Assembly (NCBI GenBank): GCA_965221165.1
Contig: CBDCRP010000003.1
Location: 1,632,001-1,696,000 of the forward strand
Origin: a bacterium
GTDB lineage: Bacteria; UBA8248
Direction: 5' to 3'
Length of the DNA: 64,000 nt
Shown: positions 30,709 through 41,031 of the stretch, piece by piece
Numbering within the stretch: the stretch's first letter is position 1
Layout: each line of letters opens with the position of its first letter
Position numbers and translations under genes: made by a program
The notes under the pieces: model-generated
The model's database searches: none
Told to the model about the DNA's origin: nothing
The model's input: the letters and a program-made list of their open reading frames with translations, nothing else

Positions 30709-30825
30709 CTCACGAAGGAGGAATTCGACGATTTGAGATCACAAATTGTGATCTCAAAGATTGTGACCTCAAGTCGGGGCGGCAGGCGTTATCCGCCTTA
30801 TGCGTGCACCGAACAGGACGTCGCT
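30709..30825 (+). pseudogene. ORF6N (phage antirepressor-like) domain remnant
   Basis: LTKEEFDDLRSQIVISKIVTSSRGGRRYPPYACTEQDVA; no start codon, truncated. Confidence 0.7.
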
Positions 30826-30887
30826 CTTATCGCCTCGCAGCAAGACCTGTTTTACGGACCGCGTAATATCCGGTATGATCGACAAGC

Positions 30888-31166
30888 ATGATCCGAAGCT
30901 TCAGGAATCGGGACACACGGCGTTTTTTTGAGGGGAATCGCGTTGTGGCGTTTCACGGATTCGCCGATCAGGCGGCGCGGCGTATGACCCTGCTGGACAG
31001 CGCGGAGACACTTCAAGACCTGGCGGCTCTGCGGAGTAACCGGCTGGAAGCACTGCGGGGAGATCGCGCAGACCGGTACAGCATCCGGATCAACGCGCAG
31101 TGGCGCATCTGCTTCCGCTGGGAAGACGACGGACCGTGCGATGTGGAGATTGTGGACTATCACTAA
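30888..31166 (+). CDS. higB: HigB/RelE-family toxin
   Basis: MIRSF, NRLEALRGDR, YSIRINAQWRICFRW, VDYH. Confidence 0.93.
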   Translation: MIRSFRNRDTRRFFEGNRVVAFHGFADQAARRMTLLDSAETLQDLAALRSNRLEALRGDRADRYSIRINAQWRICFRWEDDGPCDVEIVDYH

Positions 31167-31172
31167 AGGGGT

Positions 31173-31484
31173 GTGGAGATGAACGCAAAAAACGCCATGA
31201 GGCCGGTGCATCCGGGTGAGATACTGCGCGAGGAACTGGGCGCGCTGGACATGTCGGCCAACGCGCTGGCGAAGGCGCTGGGCGTGCCGGTAAACCGGAT
31301 CACGACGATCATGAACGGCCAGCGGGGCGTGAGCGCGGACACGGCGTTGCGTCTGGCGCGCTACTTCGGGACGACACCCGAACTCTGGCTGAATCTGCAA
31401 AAGACCTGGGAGCTTCGCCGGGCCGAAATCACGCAGGGTCGCCAGATCGCCAAACGGGTGAAGCCCCGGCAAACGGCGGCGTAG
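31173..31484 (+). CDS. higA: HigA antitoxin
   Basis: PVHPGEILREE, ADTALRLARYFGTTPELWLNLQ. Confidence 0.93.
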   Translation: MEMNAKNAMRPVHPGEILREELGALDMSANALAKALGVPVNRITTIMNGQRGVSADTALRLARYFGTTPELWLNLQKTWELRRAEITQGRQIAKRVKPRQTAA

Positions 31485-31516
31485 GGTCCGAACACACTTT
31501 CACTTCGCTTTTCTTC

Positions 31517-31621
31517 GTCATCCCGGAATGCCTTGATCCCCGATATCCAGCGACTTTCCCAAAGGCGTTTCCGGATTCCGGCAATTCCTCCCCCACCGGT
31601 CGGAATTGACACCGGGATGAC
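31517..31621. repeat. ~105-bp element, copy 2
   Basis: Direct repeat of 30600-30702. Confidence 0.8.
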
Positions 31622-31763
31622 GGCGGTGGAGCCTGTTGACACTGTGGGGATGTAAAGGCGGGCGGGCACAGGGGGCCACCCCTACGGAGGCGCAACCGCA
31701 TGCCCGATCGGCCAAACCCTCCCCCACCGGTCGCAATTTCTCTCCTTTCAATTTATCGCCCGT

Positions 31764-31924
31764 CACGAGGAACACCGCATTTGCCCGCATTTGCGGCTTT
31801 CGAATGGGAAGAATGTCCGTGTATGCCGGCGAAGCGGGTCGTCGCGTCCGGGGTTCAATGAATTTCTGAAAATAAGTGAAAAAAGGTGAAAAACAGGGAA
31901 AATACCTGAAAATAAGTGAAAATT
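31764..31924 (+). repeat. ~160-bp non-coding element, copy 1
   Basis: Reverse complement closely matches 49958-50121; contains CTGAAAATAAGTGAAAA twice (31866, 31906). Confidence 0.85.
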
Positions 31925-32026
31925 AAACTGCTTGAAAATAAAGCCCTTGGGGGTTTTTCCGGGGGCGCGATGGTGTATAGTGGGGAATCGTCATCGTCCC
32001 CATCCAACGAAGGAGACCAGAAGCCC

Positions 32027-32746
32027 ATGAGCCGGATTATCGACCTTTCCATGCCCGTCCACATGTGGATGGAGCGATACCCGGGCACGCCGCAGCCCGT
32101 CATCCAGATGATAGAGACCACCTTCGAGTCCGCCGAGCGCATCGGGACCGACAAGATGGGCTTCCCCGAGCTGTTCGCGCACAGCGTGTGCATCTTCAGC
32201 GAGCATTGCGGCACCCACATCGACGCGAGAAGCCACGGCGGGCGAAACGATTCGTGGTCCGAGGACATCCCGCTCGATAAATGCTACGGGCCGGGCTTAA
32301 GGCTGGACATGCGCCATAAAAAACAAGGTGAGCCCATTGGTGTCAACGACTTGAAAGATGCCCTCGCCAAGGAGAACTGCACGATTGAGGGCGGTGAGAT
32401 CGTATTCCTCTGGACGGGCGCCGCCGCCTACAACGATGAACCGCGCTACCTGACGGACCACCCCGGCATGGTGGGCGAGAGCGCTGAGTGGCTGATCGAC
32501 CAGGGCGTGCAGGTGATGGGCATCGACGCGCCGGGGTTTGACTTGCCCATCAAGGAGATGCTGGAGAGAAAAGACCCCTGGCCCTGTCATCGCCTGTTCC
32601 AGACGCGCGAATACTGGCACATCGAGAACCTGTGCAACCTGGACGCCATTCCCGCAGCCCACGGCTTCACCGCCAGCGTGCTGCCGCTTCACTGGCAAGG
32701 CGCCACCGGGACCCACATCCGCACCGTCGCCATCGTGAACGAGTAG
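32027..32746 (+). CDS. Cyclase / kynurenine formamidase family metal-dependent hydrolase
   Basis: IIDLS, EHCGTHIDA, GID, HIENL. Confidence 0.9.
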   Translation: MSRIIDLSMPVHMWMERYPGTPQPVIQMIETTFESAERIGTDKMGFPELFAHSVCIFSEHCGTHIDARSHGGRNDSWSEDIPLDKCYGPGLRLDMRHKKQGEPIGVNDLKDALAKENCTIEGGEIVFLWTGAAAYNDEPRYLTDHPGMVGESAEWLIDQGVQVMGIDAPGFDLPIKEMLERKDPWPCHRLFQTREYWHIENLCNLDAIPAAHGFTASVLPLHWQGATGTHIRTVAIVNE

Positions 32747-33814
32747 ATGAAGGTGTCTTTCCTCCTCCTGCGAGAAGCCGTTCAGGCGAGAAAACGGGCG
32801 ATGCGCCTCACCCTGCTCTCGCTCTTGCTCCTCACCGGGCTGCTCCTCATCCCGGGATATGCGGGTGCCGCGAAGCCATCCGCCTCTATGAGAATGGAAG
32901 CGAAAGACGCGCAGCAGAGCCGTGAAGCGCGCATCAAGCTGTATGAGCGCACGCTCAAAGCGCATCTCGCATCGAACCCCTATCCCCTGGTTGACCTCGA
33001 AATCTCGCTCGTTCGGTGGAGAAGCGCCAAGCAACTCATCGAGGGCATGGATCGCGCGGGCGTCGCCTTGGGCGCGGTCACCGCGGCGAGTGAGCAGACC
33101 ATCAAAAAGGCGGTGGAGCGCTACCCCGGCCGATTGATTCCGCTCACCACGTCCGCCGCTCAAAAGGAGTGGGCGCGGCCCAAGGGCTCCTACTTATCCA
33201 GTATCAAGCGGCAACTAGGGGGCGGCGCATTCGGTATCGGGAAGATCACGTGGCGGCCGGGGTCCTCCCATAAAGCCCGGGCGGCGCGAGAGAAAGAGGC
33301 ATTGGGGGCGATCATCCGTCTGGCGACGGGAAAGAGCAGCCTCCTCCTGCTCGACATGCCTCCCGATGACGGCGGTCTGGAACAACTCGAGAGGCATCTG
33401 AGAGCAACCCCCGAGGCGAAAGTCATCTGGACGCAAGCTGGCAGGATATTGAACCCGAACGCCCTGCCCGGCTATGGACACGGCCTGCTCCGGGCGCTCA
33501 GCCTCCGACACCCCCACCTTTTCTTCACGCTCACCCAGGACCCGCCTGCCCCCGCAGATTCGTCCGCTCCGCGGAAAAACCACCTGTATGACCCCGGGGG
33601 GGCGTTCTCTCGTGAATGGAGGGCTTTGCTTGAAGCGCGGGTGGGTCATTTCATGGCCGGGAGTGATTCCTCCCCAACCGACCCGGCGATATATGCGGGA
33701 AGAACGCGCCTTTTTCGCGCAGAGGTGCTCGAAAAAATCAGCCCGCCGGCCAGAAGGCTCATCGCCTACCAAAACGCATGGCGTCTTCTGATGAACCGGA
33801 ACTGGAAGCCTTGA
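32747..33814 (+). CDS. Secreted amidohydrolase-like protein with degenerate metal ligands
   Basis: Signal peptide; MDRAGV, YPGRLIP, GIGK, IWTQAG and MAGSD resemble the amidohydrolase_2 layout. Confidence 0.55.
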   Translation: MKVSFLLLREAVQARKRAMRLTLLSLLLLTGLLLIPGYAGAAKPSASMRMEAKDAQQSREARIKLYERTLKAHLASNPYPLVDLEISLVRWRSAKQLIEGMDRAGVALGAVTAASEQTIKKAVERYPGRLIPLTTSAAQKEWARPKGSYLSSIKRQLGGGAFGIGKITWRPGSSHKARAAREKEALGAIIRLATGKSSLLLLDMPPDDGGLEQLERHLRATPEAKVIWTQAGRILNPNALPGYGHGLLRALSLRHPHLFFTLTQDPPAPADSSAPRKNHLYDPGGAFSREWRALLEARVGHFMAGSDSSPTDPAIYAGRTRLFRAEVLEKISPPARRLIAYQNAWRLLMNRNWKP

Positions 33815-33942
33815 TTCATAAAATTCTCCCGAATCCGTTGCATCCAACCCGGCGCATGGGGATAATGCCGACCCCCGGGGTTGAAAACATCCTGGAAAAG
33901 TGATTTCCCGACAAAAGAGCTTACGCGCAAGGAGTTCGCCTT

Positions 33943-35091
33943 ATGTACAGCATACGTCACCCGCAACGGACCTGGTTCGGCCTCGGAACCATCTCGAAGA
34001 TCAAGGATGAGGCGGAGTTTTTAGGCGCTCGCAATGCGCTTTTCTTCACGGACAAGGGCGTGAGGGGCGCAGGCGTAGCGGACATGGCGCTGGCTCCTCT
34101 GGAAGAGGCCGGCGTCGACGTGACGATATACGATGAGTGCCCACCCGAACCCGCCATCGGTGATCTCGAAAAGGCTTTTGAGGAATACAGAAACGGCTCT
34201 TTCGATCTCGTCGTCGGAGTCGGGGGCGGCAGTTCGATGGACATGGCGAAATCCATCGGCGTATTGCTCGGAAACGACGGCGCGCCCAGGGATTATCTGG
34301 GTATTGAACTCGTGCCGAAACCAGGCGTCTCCACCATTTTGGTGCCCACCACCAGTGGAACGGGCGCCGAAGCCACGCCCAACGCCATTTTCTCGGTGCC
34401 GGAGGAGCAAGTGAAGCTGGCTATCGTCAGCACGCACGTCATCCCGTTCGCCGCCATCGTCGACCCGAACCTCACGCTTTCCGCACCGCCGAAGGTCACC
34501 TCCGCCGCCGGGGTGGACGCCTTTACGCATTGCCTGGAAACCTACGTGGCCAGAAACGCCACTCCCCTGAGCGAGATGTACAGCCTGGAGGGAATGAAAC
34601 TCATCGCCCGTTCTTTACGGCGCGTATGTGACGATGTAAGCGATATCGAAGCCAGGACCGACATGGCCCTGGGCTCATACTATGGCGGCGTGGCGCTCGC
34701 CGGCGCGGGGGCGGGAGCCATTCATGCCCTGGCGTATCCGCTGGGTTCCAGGTTTCATATTCCCCACGGGGTCAGCAATTCCCTGATGTTTTCTCACGTC
34801 ATGAAGGAGAACCACGCGGCGGCGCCTGAGAAATTCGCCCGCATCGCCCAGATACTGGGCGAATCCATCGATGGCATATCCCAGGCGGAAGCTGCCGAGC
34901 TTTCCGTCGGCGCGGTGGAAAAACTCTGTCGTGATTGCGGGGTGCCCACCCGGCTCGGCGAAGTCGACGTTCCCCCACATGCCATACCGGAGTTGGCCGA
35001 AGCCGCTTTCAAACTCGAACGTCTCTTGAATTGCAATCCCAAAGAGCTCACGCTTGAGGACATTGAGAGAATATATCGCGCCGCGGCCTGA
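33943..35091 (+). CDS. Iron-containing alcohol dehydrogenase
   Basis: GGGSSMD, PTTSGTGAEAT, GVDAFTH, HALAYP, HIPHG. Confidence 0.93.
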   Translation: MYSIRHPQRTWFGLGTISKIKDEAEFLGARNALFFTDKGVRGAGVADMALAPLEEAGVDVTIYDECPPEPAIGDLEKAFEEYRNGSFDLVVGVGGGSSMDMAKSIGVLLGNDGAPRDYLGIELVPKPGVSTILVPTTSGTGAEATPNAIFSVPEEQVKLAIVSTHVIPFAAIVDPNLTLSAPPKVTSAAGVDAFTHCLETYVARNATPLSEMYSLEGMKLIARSLRRVCDDVSDIEARTDMALGSYYGGVALAGAGAGAIHALAYPLGSRFHIPHGVSNSLMFSHVMKENHAAAPEKFARIAQILGESIDGISQAEAAELSVGAVEKLCRDCGVPTRLGEVDVPPHAIPELAEAAFKLERLLNCNPKELTLEDIERIYRAAA

Positions 35092-35093
35092 AA

Positions 35094-35879
35094 ATGCCCA
35101 TACAATCAACACCTTCGCAAAACTTGCACCCGATGATGGATATTTCCCCCGGCGATATGGTCTGCGTCATGGGCGCCGGCGGCAAGGCCACGCTCATGAA
35201 GCGGCTCATCCGGGAGATGCTGGGTGAGCCGTTTCCCGTCATCATTACCAGCACGACGAATCTCCATGCCCTGGGTGGTGAAAATTCGCCGCCCGTTCTA
35301 CTGAGCGAGGAGGGACGCGTCGAGTTGCAATCCGTCGTCAAGGATTGGTCCATGCGTGGCGCCGTTGTTTGGGTGGAGAGGAAATTGCCACAAAACATGT
35401 TCCGTGGCCTCGAGGCGAACCAGGTGGAAGCGTTGCACCGCTCTGATTTTCACGGCGTGATGGTTGTAAAAACAGACGGGGCCAGAAAACGGCTCATCAA
35501 GGCCCCGGGGCCAAATGAGCCGGTTATCCCAAAAGGAGCGACACATTGCGTCCTCGTGTTGGGGCTCGTTGCAATTGGACAAAAAGCGGACGAGCGAATT
35601 GTTCATCGCATGGAAAAAGTTCGCGCCATAGCGGGCTTGAAAGCCGGGGAAGTCATCGAGCCACATCATTTGACGGGGCTGGCGAGTCATCCGGATAGCT
35701 ATCCGCATCGTTTTCCTCCAAACGCAAAGCGAATACTTTATTTGAGCCATTGCACCTCTAAAAAGGCCCTTCAGGATGCCCAAACGATATTCGAGGCCGT
35801 ACCGGATGGCATGTACGATGACCTGCTCGCAGGAGATTCAGTCACGGGAAATTTTTATCGCAAAGGATTACATGAATGA
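35094..35879 (+). CDS. yqeC: Selenium cofactor biosynthesis protein YqeC-like
   Basis: VMGAGGKATL, VIITSTT, DGARKRLIKAPGPNEPVIP match the YqeC motif layout. Confidence 0.75.
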   Translation: MPIQSTPSQNLHPMMDISPGDMVCVMGAGGKATLMKRLIREMLGEPFPVIITSTTNLHALGGENSPPVLLSEEGRVELQSVVKDWSMRGAVVWVERKLPQNMFRGLEANQVEALHRSDFHGVMVVKTDGARKRLIKAPGPNEPVIPKGATHCVLVLGLVAIGQKADERIVHRMEKVRAIAGLKAGEVIEPHHLTGLASHPDSYPHRFPPNAKRILYLSHCTSKKALQDAQTIFEAVPDGMYDDLLAGDSVTGNFYRKGLHE

Positions 35880-37033
35880 TCGGCGCAGCCGCTATCAGAA
35901 AATCCCTTGAAACCCGAAAAGATGAAATCATCGAACAAATCGCCCATGTGGTGAATATCGACTCCCCGACGTTTCCCAATAAGGGAACGAACGCTGTTTC
36001 CTCCCATTTTGCGGAAAAATACCTTGAAATGGGGGCCGAAGTGGAGATGATTCCAGGCACGCATGAAACGGGAGATCATCTTTTGGCGACGTTTCATGGC
36101 GCAAGAAAAAACGGCCCCCATATATTCCTGGTCGGGCATTGCGACACCGTTTTTGCAGAGGGAACCGCCGCGCAACGGCCGTTCACCATAAAAGACGGGA
36201 TGGCCTACGGCCCCGGGGTGGTTGATATGAAAGGATGTCTGGTGGTTTGCCAATTCGTGATGGAAGCGTTACTGGCCGAAGGGTTCGAAGAGTTCACGAA
36301 AATTCAAATTTTATACGACACCGATGAAGAACGCGGGAACCCCTCATCGAGAAAAGTGATAGAGCGAATCGGAAGAGACGCCGCCGCCGCGTTGATAATC
36401 GAGTCCGGCCGTGCAAACGGCTCCATCGTATCTTCGAGGAAAGGAAGTTGCTACGGGAAATTGCTCGTCAGCGGCGTCTCGGCCCATGCCGGCGTTGACC
36501 CTCAAAGAGGCAGAAGCGCTGTTCATGAGCTCGCCCACAATATGGTAGCCATCCAAAACCTGGAGCGAGGAGGCGGCACCATCAACATCACCGGTCTCTC
36601 AGGTGGGTACAGGCCGCATATCGTGGCGGATGAGGCTTCTTGCCACATTGAAGTGCGCGCGGAACGTCAGACAACCCTCGATTCCATGACGGATGAACTG
36701 CACCGCATAACTTCCGAACCCCACATCGAGGGAACAAGCCTGGAATTCAAAAAAATCAGCGGAAGACCCGCCATGGAATTCAACCACAGGACGGAAAAGC
36801 TCTTGTCCGCCGCGGCGGAAATCGCACAGGAGGCGGGCGTCAAATTTCAGTACGGCCCCACCGGCGGAGGTTCCGATGGAAATTATCTCTCCCCTCTCGG
36901 AGTCGCCGTTCTCGACGGATTAGGTCCTGTAGGAGGAAATTTACATACGGATGAAGAATACCTGGAACTCGACTCCATCGCCCCAAGAGGCGCGCTGCTC
37001 GGAGGGTTGCTTGAAAGTTTATCCTCACGGTGA
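35876..37033 (+). CDS. M20 family metallopeptidase (glutamate carboxypeptidase-like)
   Basis: GHCDTV, DMKG, DEE, AHAG, GGSDGN, LHTDEE. Confidence 0.9.
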   Translation: MIGAAAIRKSLETRKDEIIEQIAHVVNIDSPTFPNKGTNAVSSHFAEKYLEMGAEVEMIPGTHETGDHLLATFHGARKNGPHIFLVGHCDTVFAEGTAAQRPFTIKDGMAYGPGVVDMKGCLVVCQFVMEALLAEGFEEFTKIQILYDTDEERGNPSSRKVIERIGRDAAAALIIESGRANGSIVSSRKGSCYGKLLVSGVSAHAGVDPQRGRSAVHELAHNMVAIQNLERGGGTINITGLSGGYRPHIVADEASCHIEVRAERQTTLDSMTDELHRITSEPHIEGTSLEFKKISGRPAMEFNHRTEKLLSAAAEIAQEAGVKFQYGPTGGGSDGNYLSPLGVAVLDGLGPVGGNLHTDEEYLELDSIAPRGALLGGLLESLSSR

Positions 37034-37051
37034 GGTGTATAGCGGGAGTCC

Positions 37052-38293
37052 CTAGTCTTCCAAGGGCATCCCGAAATCCGATCTGGGCTTGGGCTCTCCG
37101 ACCACTTTACCTTCCAAGAACTCTTCTATCTGCGCATCGCTGAACCCGAGGATATCCGACAATATCTCTCGGGTATGTTCCCCGTGCAAAGGGGCCGGCC
37201 CCTGGACCTTACCCGGATTCTCTGAAAATTTAAGTGGAACGCCGGTGGCATTCATTTTACCCAGAAGCGAATGATTCGTCTCCACTACCATCTCTCTATG
37301 GCGAACCTGTTCATCTTCGAGCGCTTCCCGCACATCATAAACCGGACCACAAGGGATCCCCTTCTCTTCCAGCAATTTCAGCCATTCATCTCCATTTCGC
37401 TCGACGAGACGCCTCTCCAGTATGGGGATGAGTTCGTCCCGATTTTCCGCACGGCTGGGAATGTCGACGAATCTCGGATCGTTCACCAGTTCAGGGGCAT
37501 CGATGATGTGGCAAAAATAATTCCAAAAACGATCGCTCGTCACCCCGATGATGATTTCCTTATCCTTCGCCCGGAGCGCCTGGTAGGGAACGATTTGAAA
37601 ATGCGCCGACCCCCATCGCCCGCCAACGCTGCCATCCATGAAATAGCAGCCACTCAAGTTGGTGAGCAGCGATACACTACTATCCAGAAGGGATAGATCT
37701 ATATATTGCCCTTTGCCCGTCTTCTCCCTGGCGAACAATGCGCTGGTTACGCCATAAGCCGCCCACATGCCCGCCGTAAGGTCACTCAACGGAATCCCGG
37801 CCTTGCAAGGCCCGCCATCCGGATCACCCGTCGCGCTCATGATGCCGCTCATCGCCTGGCCGACAATATCAAAGCCCGAGCGCTCCCGATACGGTCCCGT
37901 CTGTCCGAAGCCGGAAACGGAAACGTATATCAATCGAGGATTCAAAGCGGATAGCGCCTCATACCCGACGCCCAGGCGCGCCGCGACGCCCGGGCGAAAA
38001 TTCTCGACAACGATATCCACCTTTTTTGCGATTGTGCGGGCGATCTCAAGACCTTCGTTTTTTTTGAGGTCGACCACAATGCTTTTCTTCCCACGGTTCA
38101 CACTCAGGAAGTAGGCGCTTTCTCCCTTCTTGAATGGAGGGCCCCAGGTGCGGGTTTCATCGCCATTTCCAGGAGATTCGAGCTTGATGATTTCCGCTCC
38201 CAAATCCGAGAGCATCGTGGTGCAAAAGGGTCCCGCGAGGATTCGGGACAAATCCAACACGCGAATTCCCTTCAATGGTCCTTGTGCGCTCAT
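37052..38293 (-). CDS. CaiB/BaiF family III CoA-transferase
   Basis: LDLSRILAGP, GDETR, NRGKKS, ENFRPG, SGFGQTGPY. Confidence 0.93.
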   Translation of the reverse strand: MSAQGPLKGIRVLDLSRILAGPFCTTMLSDLGAEIIKLESPGNGDETRTWGPPFKKGESAYFLSVNRGKKSIVVDLKKNEGLEIARTIAKKVDIVVENFRPGVAARLGVGYEALSALNPRLIYVSVSGFGQTGPYRERSGFDIVGQAMSGIMSATGDPDGGPCKAGIPLSDLTAGMWAAYGVTSALFAREKTGKGQYIDLSLLDSSVSLLTNLSGCYFMDGSVGGRWGSAHFQIVPYQALRAKDKEIIIGVTSDRFWNYFCHIIDAPELVNDPRFVDIPSRAENRDELIPILERRLVERNGDEWLKLLEEKGIPCGPVYDVREALEDEQVRHREMVVETNHSLLGKMNATGVPLKFSENPGKVQGPAPLHGEHTREILSDILGFSDAQIEEFLEGKVVGEPKPRSDFGMPLED

Positions 38294-38547
38294 CGACCCC
38301 ATCCTGAATAACAAGCAAGAAGAATTTTACGAATGCTTAGAATGTGCAAAGGTGTGGGGTAATCTGTCAAGGAATCTTCATGAAATTCAACGCACCGCTT
38401 CTCGGCATCGGGATCATCACAATAATTCTTCACCGCTTGGCGTTGGCGCCACAACAAGGAGAGCAAACGCTATGGCGCGGCCTACGCAAGAGATCGGTTT
38501 TCGCCATAAAACGCTTGCCCCAGGCGATGCGGCCATCCATTTGTTGT

Positions 38548-39591
38548 CTACGAGGGATGCTTTGGGGCGGGAAAATGCTCCCAAGCGAGGTTTTCCAATG
38601 CGAAAACCCCTTCCGCTCGCTTCACGGAAACTCCTTTTGAGGCCGACACGATTTCTCCGATAGGCGTGAGCGGTGCCCCTCCCGCCTGTCGGACAATCTC
38701 TTGAAGCGCATGGACAGATTCTACAGGCGTCGTGACGAGAAGCTCGTAATCCTCTCCACCATGCAAGGCCCATCCAAGAGGATTTTTCGCCACGGTGGAC
38801 GCCAATTCCAGTAAGGCGTTGGAGATGGACAGTTCTTTCTCCCAAATGATTGCGCCTACTCCACTCGCATCACACAGGTGATGGATATCACCCGCCAGAC
38901 CATCACTGATGTCCATCATGGATGTGGCCAACCCCGATTCCGCGATGGCTGCCCCCTCCGCGACACGGGGCTGCGGCTTGAGTTGTGCGGAGGTAAGCGA
39001 GGTATACAAATCTTCCCGGATTCCGATTTGCGGTTGAGATAATAAATGTAGCCCCGCGACGGCATCGCCCAGGTGCCCCGTCACCAGAATTCGGTCTCCC
39101 ACGCGGGCACCGCTTCGGCGAAGAACTTTCTCCGCCATCATCTCGCCGACTAGAAACACATCGATGAACAAAGGGCCACTCGTTCGCGTGACGTTTCCGC
39201 CCAGAATCAAAATATCGTATCGCTCCGAGAGCGCACGCACCCCCTCATATACATCATCCAGGAACGAGACCGCCGTATCCTCGGGTATACCCAACGAGAT
39301 GAGCGCAAAGCGCGGCTTGCCCCCCATTGCCGCTACATCGCTTACGTTCACCGCCAGCGACTTGTAACCTACGGCGAAACCAGGAATACCCTCTGGGGAG
39401 GGAAAATGCACTCCGCTTACCTGCACATCGCACGTCACCACCCAGCATTTCCCATCTCCCGCTTTGATGACAGCCGCATCATCCCCATTACCGACGATGA
39501 CATCCGCGTTGTTCCCCACTGAACCGAGCCTGTTTCTCAAGCGCTCTATCAAGACGAACTCTCCGATCCCTTTCGCTGATTCGCTGTTCAC
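38548..39591 (-). CDS. thiL: Thiamine-monophosphate kinase
   Basis: GEFVLI, GDDAA, NVSDVAAMGG, DISDGL, GGEDYEL. Confidence 0.93.
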   Translation of the reverse strand: MNSESAKGIGEFVLIERLRNRLGSVGNNADVIVGNGDDAAVIKAGDGKCWVVTCDVQVSGVHFPSPEGIPGFAVGYKSLAVNVSDVAAMGGKPRFALISLGIPEDTAVSFLDDVYEGVRALSERYDILILGGNVTRTSGPLFIDVFLVGEMMAEKVLRRSGARVGDRILVTGHLGDAVAGLHLLSQPQIGIREDLYTSLTSAQLKPQPRVAEGAAIAESGLATSMMDISDGLAGDIHHLCDASGVGAIIWEKELSISNALLELASTVAKNPLGWALHGGEDYELLVTTPVESVHALQEIVRQAGGAPLTPIGEIVSASKGVSVKRAEGVFALENLAWEHFPAPKHPS

Positions 39592-40232
39592 CTTCGCGCC
39601 CTCTCTATGCGATTGCGCAACTCTCTGGCCGCGGCTTCAGGGTCGGATGCTCCCATAACTGCGCCGATAACGGCAATACCGGAGGCTCCGGCCTCCATTA
39701 CCGGCTCTACGTTCTCGATGCCGATCCCCCCTATGGCGACAGCGGGCAACCCAGGAGCGAATTCGATTATTTTTCGGAATCCTTCCGCTCCAATAGGTGG
39801 CCTCGAGTCAGCTTTGCTTCCTGTCGCATAAATAGGGCCTATGCCGATATAATCCGCGCCCTCTTCGGCTGCCCGCGACGCCCATTCGGATTTTCCAGCC
39901 GTTACACCATAAAACAACGCACCCCCAGCTATCGCTCTTGCTCTCGGAAGCTGGAAATCCTCCTGGCCCAAATGCACCCCATGCGCGCCGGAGGCCATGG
40001 CGACATCCACCCTGTCATTCACCGTGAAGGCGCAATCGGTCCCTTCCAGAACTTCTTTTAGTTCATCCGCCAAACGAGTCATTTCCACGCCACCCATATT
40101 TTTCTCACGAAGCTGGATCATGGTGGCCCCACCCATTGCGGCTGCACGAACCGCGTCTTTTAATTTCCATCCCGAAGCCCGAGACAAGATATTCCGGTCT
40201 GTAATGACTATAAGCGATGGGTCGAATTTCAT
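39588..40232 (-). CDS. thiE: Thiamine-phosphate synthase
   Basis: QLREK, VNDRVDVA, GVHLGQED, AIGGI. Confidence 0.93.
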   Translation of the reverse strand: MKFDPSLIVITDRNILSRASGWKLKDAVRAAAMGGATMIQLREKNMGGVEMTRLADELKEVLEGTDCAFTVNDRVDVAMASGAHGVHLGQEDFQLPRARAIAGGALFYGVTAGKSEWASRAAEEGADYIGIGPIYATGSKADSRPPIGAEGFRKIIEFAPGLPAVAIGGIGIENVEPVMEAGASGIAVIGAVMGASDPEAAARELRNRIERARR

Positions 40233-40312
40233 GAGGCCCTCGAGTTAGTGAAACAAAAACATTCTGATGCCAATAAGTCATGACCACAAAAAAGGGCAAC
40301 GGCTATATCAGC

Positions 40313-40942
40313 TTATCCCTGGTCCATCGTTCCAGAACTTGACCAAGACAAAACGGACACTTTCATTTGGGTGGTCGGCTTATGTGCAGTTGATTTCCTT
40401 TGAAGTGTGCGGCGGATAATGCCGATCGCCTGATTGCTGCTCCAATCCGTCACTCCCACCACCCAAGCGACTAATTGCTGCTCGCGGTCGATGAGGTACA
40501 CCGTCGGCACGTAGCGCACATTGTGCATACGGCGAGACGCCCAGTTCTGATCGTGGAAAATCGGATAGTTCAACTTCTTGTTCTTGGCCCATTTTTGCAC
40601 AAACCCAGGGCCGGCCCTATCCACGGAAACAGCCAGAACCGTAAAACCCTCGTCCTCATATTTTTTCTGGAGGGCCGAAAACTTGGGCATCTCCTCCTCG
40701 CACAAAGGACACCATGTGGCGAAAAAAACGAGCATCACCACTTTGCCTTTAAAATCACTGAGTTTGTGCTGCTTTCCCGTGAGGTCCGGATATTGAAAAT
40801 CAGGGGGCGGCACGGAGTTTTCAGGAGCCATTCGCAAGACGTTAAAACGACTTTGGGCATCCGCCGGATCAGACGACACTGTCAGGAACAAGAGAACACC
40901 AAGAGCGAGGAAACACAGTCTGGAGAATGGAATTGGTCGCAT
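40313..40942 (-). CDS. TlpA/ResA-like periplasmic thiol-disulfide oxidoreductase
   Basis: Signal anchor, FFATWCPLCEEEMP, VPT cis-Pro loop. Confidence 0.88.
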   Translation of the reverse strand: MRPIPFSRLCFLALGVLLFLTVSSDPADAQSRFNVLRMAPENSVPPPDFQYPDLTGKQHKLSDFKGKVVMLVFFATWCPLCEEEMPKFSALQKKYEDEGFTVLAVSVDRAGPGFVQKWAKNKKLNYPIFHDQNWASRRMHNVRYVPTVYLIDREQQLVAWVVGVTDWSSNQAIGIIRRTLQRKSTAHKPTTQMKVSVLSWSSSGTMDQG

Positions 40943-41031
40943 GGTGCTCCCTTGTGTAGACTTAAAATAGCCCAATGCAAGATAGCATATTTCAGATTAT
41001 TCGAGCCAAAGGAGACTTGCAATACATTTTG

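Noticed and set aside
30732-30758. Perfect 13-bp inverted repeat as an operator or recombination site
   Set aside because: It coincides with the LRSQIVISK codons of the ORF6N remnant; no independent evidence of function.
31860-31960. AT-rich tract resembling a CRISPR leader
   Set aside because: No repeat-spacer array follows either copy; kept only as a repeat of unknown type.
40313-40942. TlpA and glutaredoxin (24377-24634) as further selenoproteins
   Set aside because: Both have ordinary Cys codons (WCPLC, CTFC) and uninterrupted frames.
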